Part shown: positions 8,167 to 16,979 of the stretch, piece after piece
Layout of the letters: each line of letters begins with the position of its first letter
Position numbering within the stretch: the stretch's first letter is position 1
Source: Candidatus Jorgensenbacteria bacterium RIFCSPHIGHO2_02_FULL_45_20
Lineage (GTDB): Bacteria; Patescibacteriota; Minisyncoccia; UBA6257; GWB1-50-10
Length of the DNA: 44,927 bases
Assembly: GCA_001779535.1 (NCBI GenBank)
Contig: MFKJ01000023.1
Location: 1-44,927 of the forward strand
Reading direction: 5' to 3'
Position numbers and translations under genes: made by a program
The notes under the pieces: generated by a model
What the model was told of the DNA's origin: nothing
Seen by the model: the letters and a program-made list of their open reading frames with translations, nothing else
The model's database searches: none

Positions 8167-8718
8167 ATGCAAGCATACAAAAAGGGTTTTACCCTTATTG
8201 AGCTTTTGGTCGTTATCGCCATTCTCGCGGTTTTGGCAACCGCGGTTGTCGTAATTCTTAATCCTGCCGAGCTTGTAAAACAAGGGAGGGATTCTACGAG
8301 AATTTCAGACCTTGCCGCGCTCCACAGCGCGATAGCGCTTTATCTATCGGATGTAAACGGAGCAAGTATAACATCGACAGAAACATGCACGGCGGCTCTT
8401 TCAAGCCCGCCGACTAACTTTACATGCGGAAGCATTTCAACCTCAACCGTTGTTACGGGTACCGGGTGGGCACCAATCGATTTTACTGATATCTCTTCCG
8501 GTTCTCCTTTAGCGCGTCTGCCGCTCGACCCGGTGAATGATACGACTTACGCGTATACTTTTCAGGGCGGTTCATTGAATACTTTTGAAATAGACGCGAA
8601 TATGGAAAGTACTAAATACGCGAGTGGAGGCGGAGGTGATGTTGAATCCAATAACAAAGACGGCGGCAATGATGACACATATTACGAAATAGGCAACGAC
8701 CCCGGGCTTGATTTGTAG
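8167..8718 (+). CDS. Type IV pilin-like protein, paralogue of 7528-8091 (ORF opens at 8122; ATG at 8167 gives a normal leader)
   Basis: MQAYKKG|FTLIELLVVIAILAVLA. It shares near-identical blocks with the first pilin. Confidence 0.9.
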   Translation: MQAYKKGFTLIELLVVIAILAVLATAVVVILNPAELVKQGRDSTRISDLAALHSAIALYLSDVNGASITSTETCTAALSSPPTNFTCGSISTSTVVTGTGWAPIDFTDISSGSPLARLPLDPVNDTTYAYTFQGGSLNTFEIDANMESTKYASGGGGDVESNNKDGGNDDTYYEIGNDPGLDL

Positions 8719-8719
8719 T

Positions 8720-9322
8720 ATGCTCCGTGGAATCGTTCCGGTTTTTTCGTTCGCTCTTCTCGCGGCATTGTTTTTCGTTCAGGTTTTTTTGCATAAAAAA
8801 GAAAGCGTTGAACGGCGCGACGCACTCATCGAACGTGCCGCTAAAATAGTTTTTGTTTTGGGACTTGCGGCCGTATTAGGGTATTATTTTTTTCTTGTAG
8901 CCGCTCAATACTCGACGTGGAAGAATTCCAATCCTCCTTTGAGTTTTCTCGTGCCTCCGTATAGAAGCATAGGATACGTCTTTTATTATCACTTTACACG
9001 TTTTCTTTTATATTACCTGCCGTCTTTTGTTGTTTCCGCGGCCATATTTATAAGCGCGAAATACGGAAACAAGCGATTCGGAGAACATTTTTTTGAGAGC
9101 GGCGAACCATATCTTGCGGCTGTTCCGCTTTTTCTCCTTGGGTATCCGGAATGGAATTATTTATGGATTCCTTATTTTCTCGCGGTTTTGGGGACGGTAT
9201 TCGCGGTTTCGCTGTTTCGAATAATTGCGGCGAAGCGGCAGGAAAGGTTTTCGCCTTATTTTTTATGGTTGCCTGTGGCAATAATTGGTATAATCGTTAG
9301 TGAGACGTCAGTGTTGTTTTAA
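8720..9322 (+). CDS. Integral membrane protein, function unknown
   Basis: ORF 8708-9322 with several hydrophobic segments. It lies inside the pilus cluster but shows no clear A24 prepilin-peptidase motifs. Confidence 0.55.
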   Translation: MLRGIVPVFSFALLAALFFVQVFLHKKESVERRDALIERAAKIVFVLGLAAVLGYYFFLVAAQYSTWKNSNPPLSFLVPPYRSIGYVFYYHFTRFLLYYLPSFVVSAAIFISAKYGNKRFGEHFFESGEPYLAAVPLFLLGYPEWNYLWIPYFLAVLGTVFAVSLFRIIAAKRQERFSPYFLWLPVAIIGIIVSETSVLF

Positions 9323-9334
9323 GTTTTTCAAATT

Positions 9335-11050
9335 ATGCTGTCTTTACCCACACAACAGATTAAAGAAATGCTGGTTCAAGCCGGAGTTTTGGACGACGCG
9401 ACTTTTGATTCTATCAAAATTGAAGCCGACCGCAAAAGACAAAACGTTGCCGACCTTATTATTTCCGAAGGGCTTATAAACAAGGAATACTTCTTTAACC
9501 TTTTGGCTAAAACGCTTGGGTTCGAGCGTATAAATCTTGGCATTCAAAAAATAGACGAGCGCGTTATGAATTTGGTATCGGAAGACATGGCGCGCCAGCG
9601 CAAGATTATCGTTTTCAACCGCGGCGATGACGGAGCTTTTGATATAGCGATGGAAAATCCGACCGACCTTGAAACAATTGACTTTCTGTCATTACGGCTC
9701 AAGTCAAAAATCAAACCGTTTCTGGCGACCGAAGAAGACCTTAACCGCGGATACCTTTTGTACCACAAACGCCTCACGCAGGATTTTAAAAAGGTGATAG
9801 AAGACGGCATTCAGAAATCGCTTCGTTCAAAAAATAAAGGAGATTTGAACGAAGCCGCAAAAGATGTTCCGATTGTGGCTCTCGTTGATAATCTTCTCGA
9901 ATACGCCCTGTCTTCGCGCGCGTCTGACGTGCATTTTGAGGCGCTCGACGACGCGATTCTGGTGCGTTTCCGGATAGACGGCGTTTTGCACGAAATAATA
10001 AAAATGCCGAAAGAAATACACCCTGCCGTAGTTGCCAGAATGAAAATACTTTCAGGTCTTCGGGTAGACGAGCACACTCATCCGCAGGATGGACGTTTCA
10101 GACATAAGATAAGTGATACGCTTGTTGATATCCGTGTATCCGTGATACCGACGTTTTATGGCGAGAAGGTGGAAATGCGTCTTCTGAGCGCCGCGCAGAA
10201 ACCGATATCGCTTACCGAACTCGGAATGTTTGAAAATACGATAAAAGTAATCGAGGAAGGCGTGAAAAAAACATACGGAATGGTACTTCTCTGCGGACCG
10301 ACCGGTTGCGGAAAAACCACGACTTTGTATTCGATAATGAATATACTGAACCGTCCGGAAGTAAATATCGTAACAATCGAGGACCCGATAGAATACGATA
10401 TGAGATATCTGAATCAGACGCAGGTTAATATGGCGGCGGGTATTACGTTCGCTTCCGGTTTGCGTTCGATCCTCCGTCAGGACCCGAACATAATAATGGT
10501 TGGAGAGATACGCGACCACGAGACCGCCGACATAGCCGTGCAGTCAGCCCTTACCGGACACCTGGTTCTTTCGAGCTTGCACACGAACGACGCGCCGACA
10601 ACGGTTCCCCGTCTTATGGATATGGGGGTGCCGCCGTTTCTTGTTTCCGCGGTTTTGAATGTTATATGCGCTCAGCGTCTCGCCCGCAAAATTCATTTAG
10701 ATTGCATTGAATCGTACACTCCGTCTGAAGAATCGCTGAAAGCTCTCCAATCGGAATTCAGAAGCGCGGAGGTTAATGAAAACGTGGTAAAAGTGCCTAA
10801 AGTGCTCTACAGGGGAAGAGGATGCCCCGCGTGCAATAATACCGGTTTTTTGGGGCGGCTCGGTATTTTTGAAGCGATGAATATAACAGAAGAAGTGCGG
10901 AAATTGATAATAAGCCCTGAATTCAATCTGGATAATCTCCGGAAACTTGCCAAAAAAGAAGGGATGACGACAATGTTTGAAGACGGAATGCGAAAGGTTG
11001 AGCTTGGAATGACAACCGTGGAAGAGGTTTTGAGAGTGATAAGAGAATAA
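9335..11050 (+). CDS. pilB: Type IV pilus assembly ATPase (GspE/PilB family)
   Basis: 571 aa with an N-terminal T2SSE_N-like domain, Walker A GPTGCGKTTT, the Asp/His boxes, and the C-terminal CxxC tetracysteine region RGCPACNNTGF. Confidence 0.95.
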   Translation: MLSLPTQQIKEMLVQAGVLDDATFDSIKIEADRKRQNVADLIISEGLINKEYFFNLLAKTLGFERINLGIQKIDERVMNLVSEDMARQRKIIVFNRGDDGAFDIAMENPTDLETIDFLSLRLKSKIKPFLATEEDLNRGYLLYHKRLTQDFKKVIEDGIQKSLRSKNKGDLNEAAKDVPIVALVDNLLEYALSSRASDVHFEALDDAILVRFRIDGVLHEIIKMPKEIHPAVVARMKILSGLRVDEHTHPQDGRFRHKISDTLVDIRVSVIPTFYGEKVEMRLLSAAQKPISLTELGMFENTIKVIEEGVKKTYGMVLLCGPTGCGKTTTLYSIMNILNRPEVNIVTIEDPIEYDMRYLNQTQVNMAAGITFASGLRSILRQDPNIIMVGEIRDHETADIAVQSALTGHLVLSSLHTNDAPTTVPRLMDMGVPPFLVSAVLNVICAQRLARKIHLDCIESYTPSEESLKALQSEFRSAEVNENVVKVPKVLYRGRGCPACNNTGFLGRLGIFEAMNITEEVRKLIISPEFNLDNLRKLAKKEGMTTMFEDGMRKVELGMTTVEEVLRVIRE

Positions 11051-11281
11051 CAAACAACCGACAACCCGCAACATATAACGCATTTGTATTAGGAATTATA
11101 GGTTTGAAATCGGAAGTCAGCTGGCTCGATGTATGAAACTTTAGCGGCTGTTGATATTTTAGAGTATAATAGTTTCATAAGTCCGGAGGATCGTAACGAA
11201 TGTAGAAAATCTCCTTGTGGTTGTCTCGAAACAGCTTGGCGGATTCAAAAAGAAATTAAGTTCAAAAATTGGTTAATTTTT

Positions 11282-12493
11282 ATGCAATTTCATTGCGTAG
11301 CGTCCCAACAGGATGGAAAAATAATCGAGAGTGATATAGATGCCCGAGGAGTAGAAGAAGTGCTTGCCGTTTTAAGCGCGCGCGGTCTTCATCCCGTGAG
11401 CATCAAACTCGCGACGACCGCAAAAGGAAGAATGGATAGGAAAATTTTCGGCGGGAACATAACCCTTACTGACCAGGTATTTATATCAAAATATCTGGCT
11501 CTTATGCTTAAAATAGGCACCGGTTTACTGCAGGCAATTAACATTCTGATTGATGACTTTAGTAAACCATCGGTCCATTCTTTTTTGGTGGAGGTAAAGA
11601 CGAATCTTGAAAAAGGCATGCAATTCTATTACGCGTTCGCGCGCCATCCTAAAATATTCAGCCAGGTTTACATAAATTCCATAAAGGCGGGAGAAACGTC
11701 CGGCAATCTTGAATCGGTTTTTGATGACCTTGCCGTTTCCCTGTCTAAAGAAAAGGCGTTGCGCGACCAGATAAAGAGCGCTCTTTTTTATCCGGTTATA
11801 TTGTTTGTGATGTCCATACTCATTCTTGTTTTCCTTGTTATGTTTGCTCTTCCGAAAATAGCCGGTGTGTTTTCCGAAAGCGGTTTCGACCCGCCCATTT
11901 TTTCAAAAGTGGTATTCGCCGTAGGTTTTTTCTTCGGCGACTACGGATTATGGATACTTCTTGCGGGCATAATCTGCTTTGCTGTTTTATTTGTTGGTTA
12001 TAGGACGTCACTCGTTTTCAAAAAATTTATTTTAAGCATTCTTTTTAATCTGCCGCTCGTACGCGACGTAGTGAAGAAGATTTCGATACAGCGTTTTGCG
12101 GCAACGCTTTCGTCGCTTATCAAGGCCGGGATGCAGATTACGGATGCTCTCGAAATAACGGCGGATTCAATAACCCAGATAGAATTAAAGGAGGCGCTTA
12201 TAAGAATTTCGAAAGAAGGAATCGCGAAAGGACTCACGGTCGGGGAGGCGTTCAAGCGCGAGCCGTTTTTCCCGAAAACAGTCGTTAATTTGGTGGCTAT
12301 ATCCGAACGGGCAGGGCATATAGAAGAGGTTTTGCAGACGCTCGCGGATTTTTACACAAGCGAAATAGACAGTTCTCTTAAAACCCTCGTTTCATTCCTT
12401 GAACCGATTCTTCTCATGGGCATAGGCCTTGTTATAGGCCTTATCGCTCTCGCTATCGTTGTTCCGATTTACCAACTAACCATACAGTTTTAG
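11282..12493 (+). CDS. pilC: Type IV pilus platform protein (GspF/PilC family); ORF opens at 11129 but family homology begins near the ATG at 11282
   Basis: Two T2SSF repeats (KAGETSGNLESVF..., ERAGHIEEVL...) and three transmembrane segments. Confidence 0.9.
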   Translation: MQFHCVASQQDGKIIESDIDARGVEEVLAVLSARGLHPVSIKLATTAKGRMDRKIFGGNITLTDQVFISKYLALMLKIGTGLLQAINILIDDFSKPSVHSFLVEVKTNLEKGMQFYYAFARHPKIFSQVYINSIKAGETSGNLESVFDDLAVSLSKEKALRDQIKSALFYPVILFVMSILILVFLVMFALPKIAGVFSESGFDPPIFSKVVFAVGFFFGDYGLWILLAGIICFAVLFVGYRTSLVFKKFILSILFNLPLVRDVVKKISIQRFAATLSSLIKAGMQITDALEITADSITQIELKEALIRISKEGIAKGLTVGEAFKREPFFPKTVVNLVAISERAGHIEEVLQTLADFYTSEIDSSLKTLVSFLEPILLMGIGLVIGLIALAIVVPIYQLTIQF

Positions 12494-12556
12494 AAAATTC
12501 GAATGTTGAATCAGAAATCTTAATATAGGATTTTTCAACTAAATAATTTTTATACA

Positions 12557-13672
12557 TTGATTCAAAATTCAATCCGCCGACTGGCGGACAAAATTCAAAA
12601 TTCGCGGGAGGCCTTCACGCTCATAGAGCTTATTATCACCGTAGCAGTCGGAGCCGTTTTGACGACCGGAGGTTATGTTATGTTGTCGAGCTATCGCAAC
12701 AGCCAGAATCTGAAACTTACTTTGAATGAGTTCTCGGCGGCGTTACGCGACACGCAGAAAAGAGCGATTACGCAGGAAAACGGCAAACAATGGGGCATAC
12801 GTTTGACTAACGACACAAGCGGCATATATCAGGTATGGAGCGGACAAAGTTTTGCTTCGGGAACTGTGGATCAGACATACGCGCTTAAAAGAAATATTTC
12901 TTTCGGCAACCCGTCGGCAGGGAGTACGATTGATATAATTTTTGAAGCGTTAAGTGGGAAATTAAGCGAGAAAAAAGTGATTACCGTTTATGCCGGAAAT
13001 AGCGGCGCGGATACCGGCGACTTGGTTCTGAATACGTTAGGAAAAACAACCGTGCGGACGGATAAGTATTTTTTAAGCTATTGGCACTTTGATGAAGGAA
13101 CAAGCACAGTCGCTTACGATGCATCAGGCAACGGAAATAGTTCAATTTTATATAATAGTCCATTGTGGCAATCGGGGAGTAGCTGTATAGCCGGCGGATG
13201 TCTGAACTTAAACGGTATGAGCCAGTATTTGAACGCAAGTTCGACAAATATGACAAGTGTAGATAGTTTTACGGTTGCCGGATGGACGTATTTAACCGAC
13301 GTGACGACCACTAATAATACTCTTTATGGCAATTCCGGTACGGTCGAGTTACTTACAAAACCGACAGGATATTATTTTGGCGTATGGGTTGACGGTGTTG
13401 AATATTCAAAACAGGGGACGACCAGTTCGAATATAAACAGCTGGGTTCATTGGGCGCTTACGCGTTCAGACAGCTCGATAGTTGTTTACAGAAATGGCAT
13501 CTCAATTGATTCAAGAAATGATTTGCCGGCAGGAAGCGTCGACGTAAGTGGTTATATCGGAGCGCAAGGAGGTACGAGCTATTATCTTGAAGGAAATTTG
13601 GATGAGCTGCGCGTTTACGGCCGCGCTTTGTCCGCGCAGGAAATTTTAGATATGTACAATGATTTGAAATAA
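12557..13672 (+). CDS. Pseudopilin-like protein with a LamG/concanavalin-A-like domain (TTG start as in the ORF track; exact start uncertain)
   Basis: N-terminal AFTLIELIITVAVGAVL, then WHFDEGTSTVAYDASGNGN... and LDELRVYGRALSAQEI, typical of LamG_3 domains. Confidence 0.8.
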   Translation: MIQNSIRRLADKIQNSREAFTLIELIITVAVGAVLTTGGYVMLSSYRNSQNLKLTLNEFSAALRDTQKRAITQENGKQWGIRLTNDTSGIYQVWSGQSFASGTVDQTYALKRNISFGNPSAGSTIDIIFEALSGKLSEKKVITVYAGNSGADTGDLVLNTLGKTTVRTDKYFLSYWHFDEGTSTVAYDASGNGNSSILYNSPLWQSGSSCIAGGCLNLNGMSQYLNASSTNMTSVDSFTVAGWTYLTDVTTTNNTLYGNSGTVELLTKPTGYYFGVWVDGVEYSKQGTTSSNINSWVHWALTRSDSSIVVYRNGISIDSRNDLPAGSVDVSGYIGAQGGTSYYLEGNLDELRVYGRALSAQEILDMYNDLK

Positions 13673-15045
13673 TGATTAACCAACGACAGACAACTTACAA
13701 CAAACAATTTACGACAGACAACGAGAAGAATATAACAAAAGTTGTCGGTTGTCGGTTGTCGGTTTTTAGTAAACGCGGCGGGCAATCCCTTATAGAGGTC
13801 TTAATTGGGTTGACAATAGGATCTATTCTCATAGGCGCGGCGGCTTTGGGTGTGGCGTTTATGCTCCGTTCGACATCGGCAAACGACAACCTGCAAATGG
13901 CTTCAGGGATGGTGCAGGAATCGCTTGACAAGGTTCGGGCTTATGCCGGAGCGGAGTGGGAAAACATATACGGGCTTACCAAAGGCACGAGCACCGCGTA
14001 TTTTTTAAATGCATCAAGCACAAGCTTTGATATTATCGAGGGGAAAGAAGGTGTTTTCGGTTCGAATATAACAAGCGGGCTTGTGGGGCGATGGAATTTC
14101 GATGAAGCAACCGGAACTATTGCTCACGATTCGACGGGGGGCAACTACAGCGGCATTCTTACAAACAGCCCGACGATAACGACCTCAACATGCAAAATCG
14201 GATACTGCTTAGGCCTCAACGGCAGTAATTATGTGGATATGAGTGACCCCGCAAGCGGAATATTCGATTTCGGCGCAAACGATTTTTCGCTACAAGGATG
14301 GTTTTATATTTCAGCGCTCCCCGGCAGTTATAAGTCAATCATAAATAAAGGCGGTTCGGGAGCGCCAGGATATGGTATGGAAATAGGCGCGGATAACACC
14401 TTAACCTGTTCCATTCAGGCGAGCGGCGGTACAAACCAGCACGTGCAAGGAACGATACCGTCGCTTAACGCGTGGCATCAAGCGACATGCGTTTTCGACC
14501 GCGACGATGGAATATACGCGTATCTTGATGGAGTTGCGGTCGCAAGCTCCACGTACGAAAGCGGCAATACGGGTTCCATTTCAACAGACAGTTACAATTT
14601 GAATGTTGGCCGTTATGCGGGCGGTTCATGGTACTTCAACGGGTATATTGACGACATTCGCGTTTATAACCGCACTCTTTCTTCAGATGAAGTAAAGCGC
14701 GCTTACGACAGCGCTGTTTTCACCAGATATTTCACCATTGAAAATGTATGCAGAACGAATGACGCGTCGAGCACTATAAATGGCGTTACTCCGTGCGCGG
14801 ACGGCTCGCTTGAGGATCCGGCGACGCAGAAAATAAGGTCTTATGTGGAATGGGCGTCGAGTGGCGCCATCGAGGACCTCAATTTGATTGACTATGTTAC
14901 GCGCTGGAAAAATGAAGTATTCCGTCAGAGCGACTGGTCGGGAGGAAGCGGCGATGAAGACGTTTATTCAGAGCCGCCGACATCGTACGCGAGCTCGACA
15001 AATATAGACATTGAAACAGGATCGTTTAGGATACATAATCTATAG
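13672..15045 (+). CDS. Pseudopilin-like protein with a LamG domain (alternative in-frame TTG start at 13756 gives a normal short leader, MSVFSKRGG|QSLIEV)
   Basis: GQSLIEVLIGLTIGSIL helix, then WNFDEATGTIAHDSTGGN... and IDDIRVYNRTLSSDEV. Confidence 0.8.
   Translation: MINQRQTTYNKQFTTDNEKNITKVVGCRLSVFSKRGGQSLIEVLIGLTIGSILIGAAALGVAFMLRSTSANDNLQMASGMVQESLDKVRAYAGAEWENIYGLTKGTSTAYFLNASSTSFDIIEGKEGVFGSNITSGLVGRWNFDEATGTIAHDSTGGNYSGILTNSPTITTSTCKIGYCLGLNGSNYVDMSDPASGIFDFGANDFSLQGWFYISALPGSYKSIINKGGSGAPGYGMEIGADNTLTCSIQASGGTNQHVQGTIPSLNAWHQATCVFDRDDGIYAYLDGVAVASSTYESGNTGSISTDSYNLNVGRYAGGSWYFNGYIDDIRVYNRTLSSDEVKRAYDSAVFTRYFTIENVCRTNDASSTINGVTPCADGSLEDPATQKIRSYVEWASSGAIEDLNLIDYVTRWKNEVFRQSDWSGGSGDEDVYSEPPTSYASSTNIDIETGSFRIHNL
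13742..13762 (+). repeat. Tandem heptamer (TTGTCGG)x3
   Basis: gTTGTCGGTTGTCGGTTGTCGGt read directly. Complementary CGACAGACAAC copies lie 20-60 nt upstream. Confidence 0.8.
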
Positions 15046-15074
15046 CATGAGTGGGTAGGAAAGCAGTTGGTAGT

Positions 15075-15262
15075 TGGCAAAATGCCAAATGTTCAAATTC
15101 CAAAACAAAGCAGAGAATAATTTTCAATTTACAATTTGAAATTTTTAATGAATACAGCCAAAATGGATTTAAAATGAGAGAAAACCGCGGAAAAGACGGG
15201 TTTGGAATTTCAGAATTTGGACATTTGGATTTGTTTAGAGTTTAGAACTTAGGATTTAGAGC
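15075..15262. repeat. AT-rich GAATTT/AAATTC-type repeat tract in an intergenic region, related to the rRNA insertion filler
   Basis: Contains the hairpin ttggcaaaatgccaa, caaattcc ... ggaatttcagaatttggacatttggatttgtttagagtttagaacttaggatttagagc. Confidence 0.55.
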
Positions 15263-15326
15263 TTGAAACCAAATTTATCCGCGTAAATCCGTTAAAATAT
15301 GTATTAATCAGCGTCTATCCAAAAAT

Positions 15327-16205
15327 ATGAAACCATTATATAAAGCCATTAAAACCGCCGAGCAAAATAAAAAAGCCATAGCGCATTTCAATGTTTCTAC
15401 GCTCGAACAATTGAAAGCGATTGCGGGTGTAGCAAAAAGGACAGGCGAGTCAGTCATAGTGGGGGTTTCCGAAGGAGAACGTGAATTTATCGGTTTGAAA
15501 CAGATTGTCGCGCTTGTCGAGAGCTACAAGAAAGAAGGAACTTGCTTATATTTAAATGCCGACCATACCCGTTCGCTTGAAGGTGTGGCGGATACCGCCG
15601 AAGCGGGATTTGATTCTATTATTTTTGACGGCGCGAATCTATCGTTTGAAGAAAATGTATCAAAGACAAAAGAAGCGGTTAAAATATGCAAAAAACATTC
15701 ACTATTCAGGCATAAAATAATTTTGGAAGGCGAACTCGGATACATAGGAATGTCTTCGGAAATTTTAGACAAAATTCCTGAAGGAGCAGCTACTAAAAAC
15801 AATGGGTTTACTTCTCCGGAAGACACCGCACGGTTTGTTAAAGAAACCGGCATTGATATGCTTGCTCCAGCGGTGGGGAACATACACGGTATATTACAAA
15901 ACGGACGCAATCCATCGCTCGACATAGAACAAATTAGGAAAATAAGAAAAGCTACCGGAGTTCCGCTTGTTTTGCACGGAGGATCGGGCGTTTCGGACAA
16001 TGATTTCCATGCCGCCATACGTGCCGGCATTTCCGTTATACATATTTCCACTGAACTGCGCGTGGCATGGAAAAAAGGAATCGAAGAATCATTTATCGAA
16101 TATCCAGGCGAAGTAGCGCCTTACAAACTGCTGAAACGCAGTGTTTTAAAAACACAGGAAATTGTGGAAAATAGGATAAGATTGTTTTCGGGTATTGGTT
16201 TTTAA
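15327..16205 (+). CDS. fba: Class II fructose-bisphosphate aldolase family
   Basis: HFNVSTLEQ, LNADHT, GELGYIG, GNIHG and LVLHGGSG motifs. Confidence 0.9.
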   Translation: MKPLYKAIKTAEQNKKAIAHFNVSTLEQLKAIAGVAKRTGESVIVGVSEGEREFIGLKQIVALVESYKKEGTCLYLNADHTRSLEGVADTAEAGFDSIIFDGANLSFEENVSKTKEAVKICKKHSLFRHKIILEGELGYIGMSSEILDKIPEGAATKNNGFTSPEDTARFVKETGIDMLAPAVGNIHGILQNGRNPSLDIEQIRKIRKATGVPLVLHGGSGVSDNDFHAAIRAGISVIHISTELRVAWKKGIEESFIEYPGEVAPYKLLKRSVLKTQEIVENRIRLFSGIGF

Positions 16206-16244
16206 GTCGGATTTGGTTTATATTCAATTCGCGCGTTACATTAT

Positions 16245-16979
16245 ATGGAAACCGAAAACGTTAAAAAAATATTACTCGAAATAAGAGCCGGAGTCGGAGG
16301 AGATGAAGCATCGCTGTTCGCGTGGGATATGGCTAAAATGTACCAAAAATACGCGATTAAAAAGGGATGGCATTTTTCCGTGATAGACGCGTCAGAATCC
16401 GGCGCACGGGGCTATAAAACGTTTGTGGCAGAAATAAGAGGTGATGGAGCGTATAATGCCTTAAAACACGAGTCCGGAGTGCATCGCGTTCAAAGAGTAC
16501 CTACTACGGAAAGACAGGGGAGGGTGCATACATCCACGGCTTCAGTCGCCATTCTCCCGATTGTAGAAGCAAAAGACGTACAGGTTAAAGAGAATGATCT
16601 TGAAATTACTTTTTCCCGAGCCGGCGGACCTGGAGGACAAAACGTAAATAAAGTGGAAACGGCGGTCAGAATACTTCACAAGCCGACAGGCATCGTCGTT
16701 TCGTCGCGCGAGGAACGTTCACAGCACTCAAACCGCGAAAAGGCGCTCGAAATTCTGCGCGCGAAACTTTTTGAGGCGCAACGCGAACAAGCGGTAGGAT
16801 CAGTGGAAGAATTGCGGCATGAGCAAATCGGTTCTGGGGAACGGGCGGAAAAAATACGCACATACAATTTTCCGGAAGATAGAATCACCGACCATAGGTT
16901 AGGTAAAAAATTCCACAATATGGAAAATATTTTGGAGGGTAACTTAGATAAAATAACGGAATCTTTTAACCCTTCTTAA
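16245..16979 (+). CDS. prfA: Peptide chain release factor 1 lacking the N-terminal domain 1
   Basis: 244 aa. It starts at the equivalent of E. coli RF1 residue ~105 ([15 protein letters not shown]), has the P-x-T anticodon motif (VPTTERQGR) and the GGQ motif ([10 protein letters not shown]). An in-frame stop at 16203-16205 precludes a longer N-terminus. Confidence 0.85.
   Translation: METENVKKILLEIRAGVGGDEASLFAWDMAKMYQKYAIKKGWHFSVIDASESGARGYKTFVAEIRGDGAYNALKHESGVHRVQRVPTTERQGRVHTSTASVAILPIVEAKDVQVKENDLEITFSRAGGPGGQNVNKVETAVRILHKPTGIVVSSREERSQHSNREKALEILRAKLFEAQREQAVGSVEELRHEQIGSGERAEKIRTYNFPEDRITDHRLGKKFHNMENILEGNLDKITESFNPS

Noticed and set aside
7528-15045. A diversity-generating retroelement acting on the pilins or LamG pseudopilins
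   Set aside because: No reverse transcriptase gene is present, and no template/variable repeat pair with adenine-specific mismatches was found. The pilin similarity is ordinary paralogy with conserved blocks.
15051-15245. 64-aa ORF between the pseudopilin gene and fba
   Set aside because: It coincides with the AT-rich GAATTT/AAATTC repeat tract, its composition is unlike that of a protein, and it has no start context. It is treated as non-coding repeat.
12494-15262. A CRISPR array among the short AT-rich repeats and heptamers
   Set aside because: The repeats are irregular in length and spacing, lack the repeat-spacer periodicity of 25-40 nt units, and no cas genes are present.
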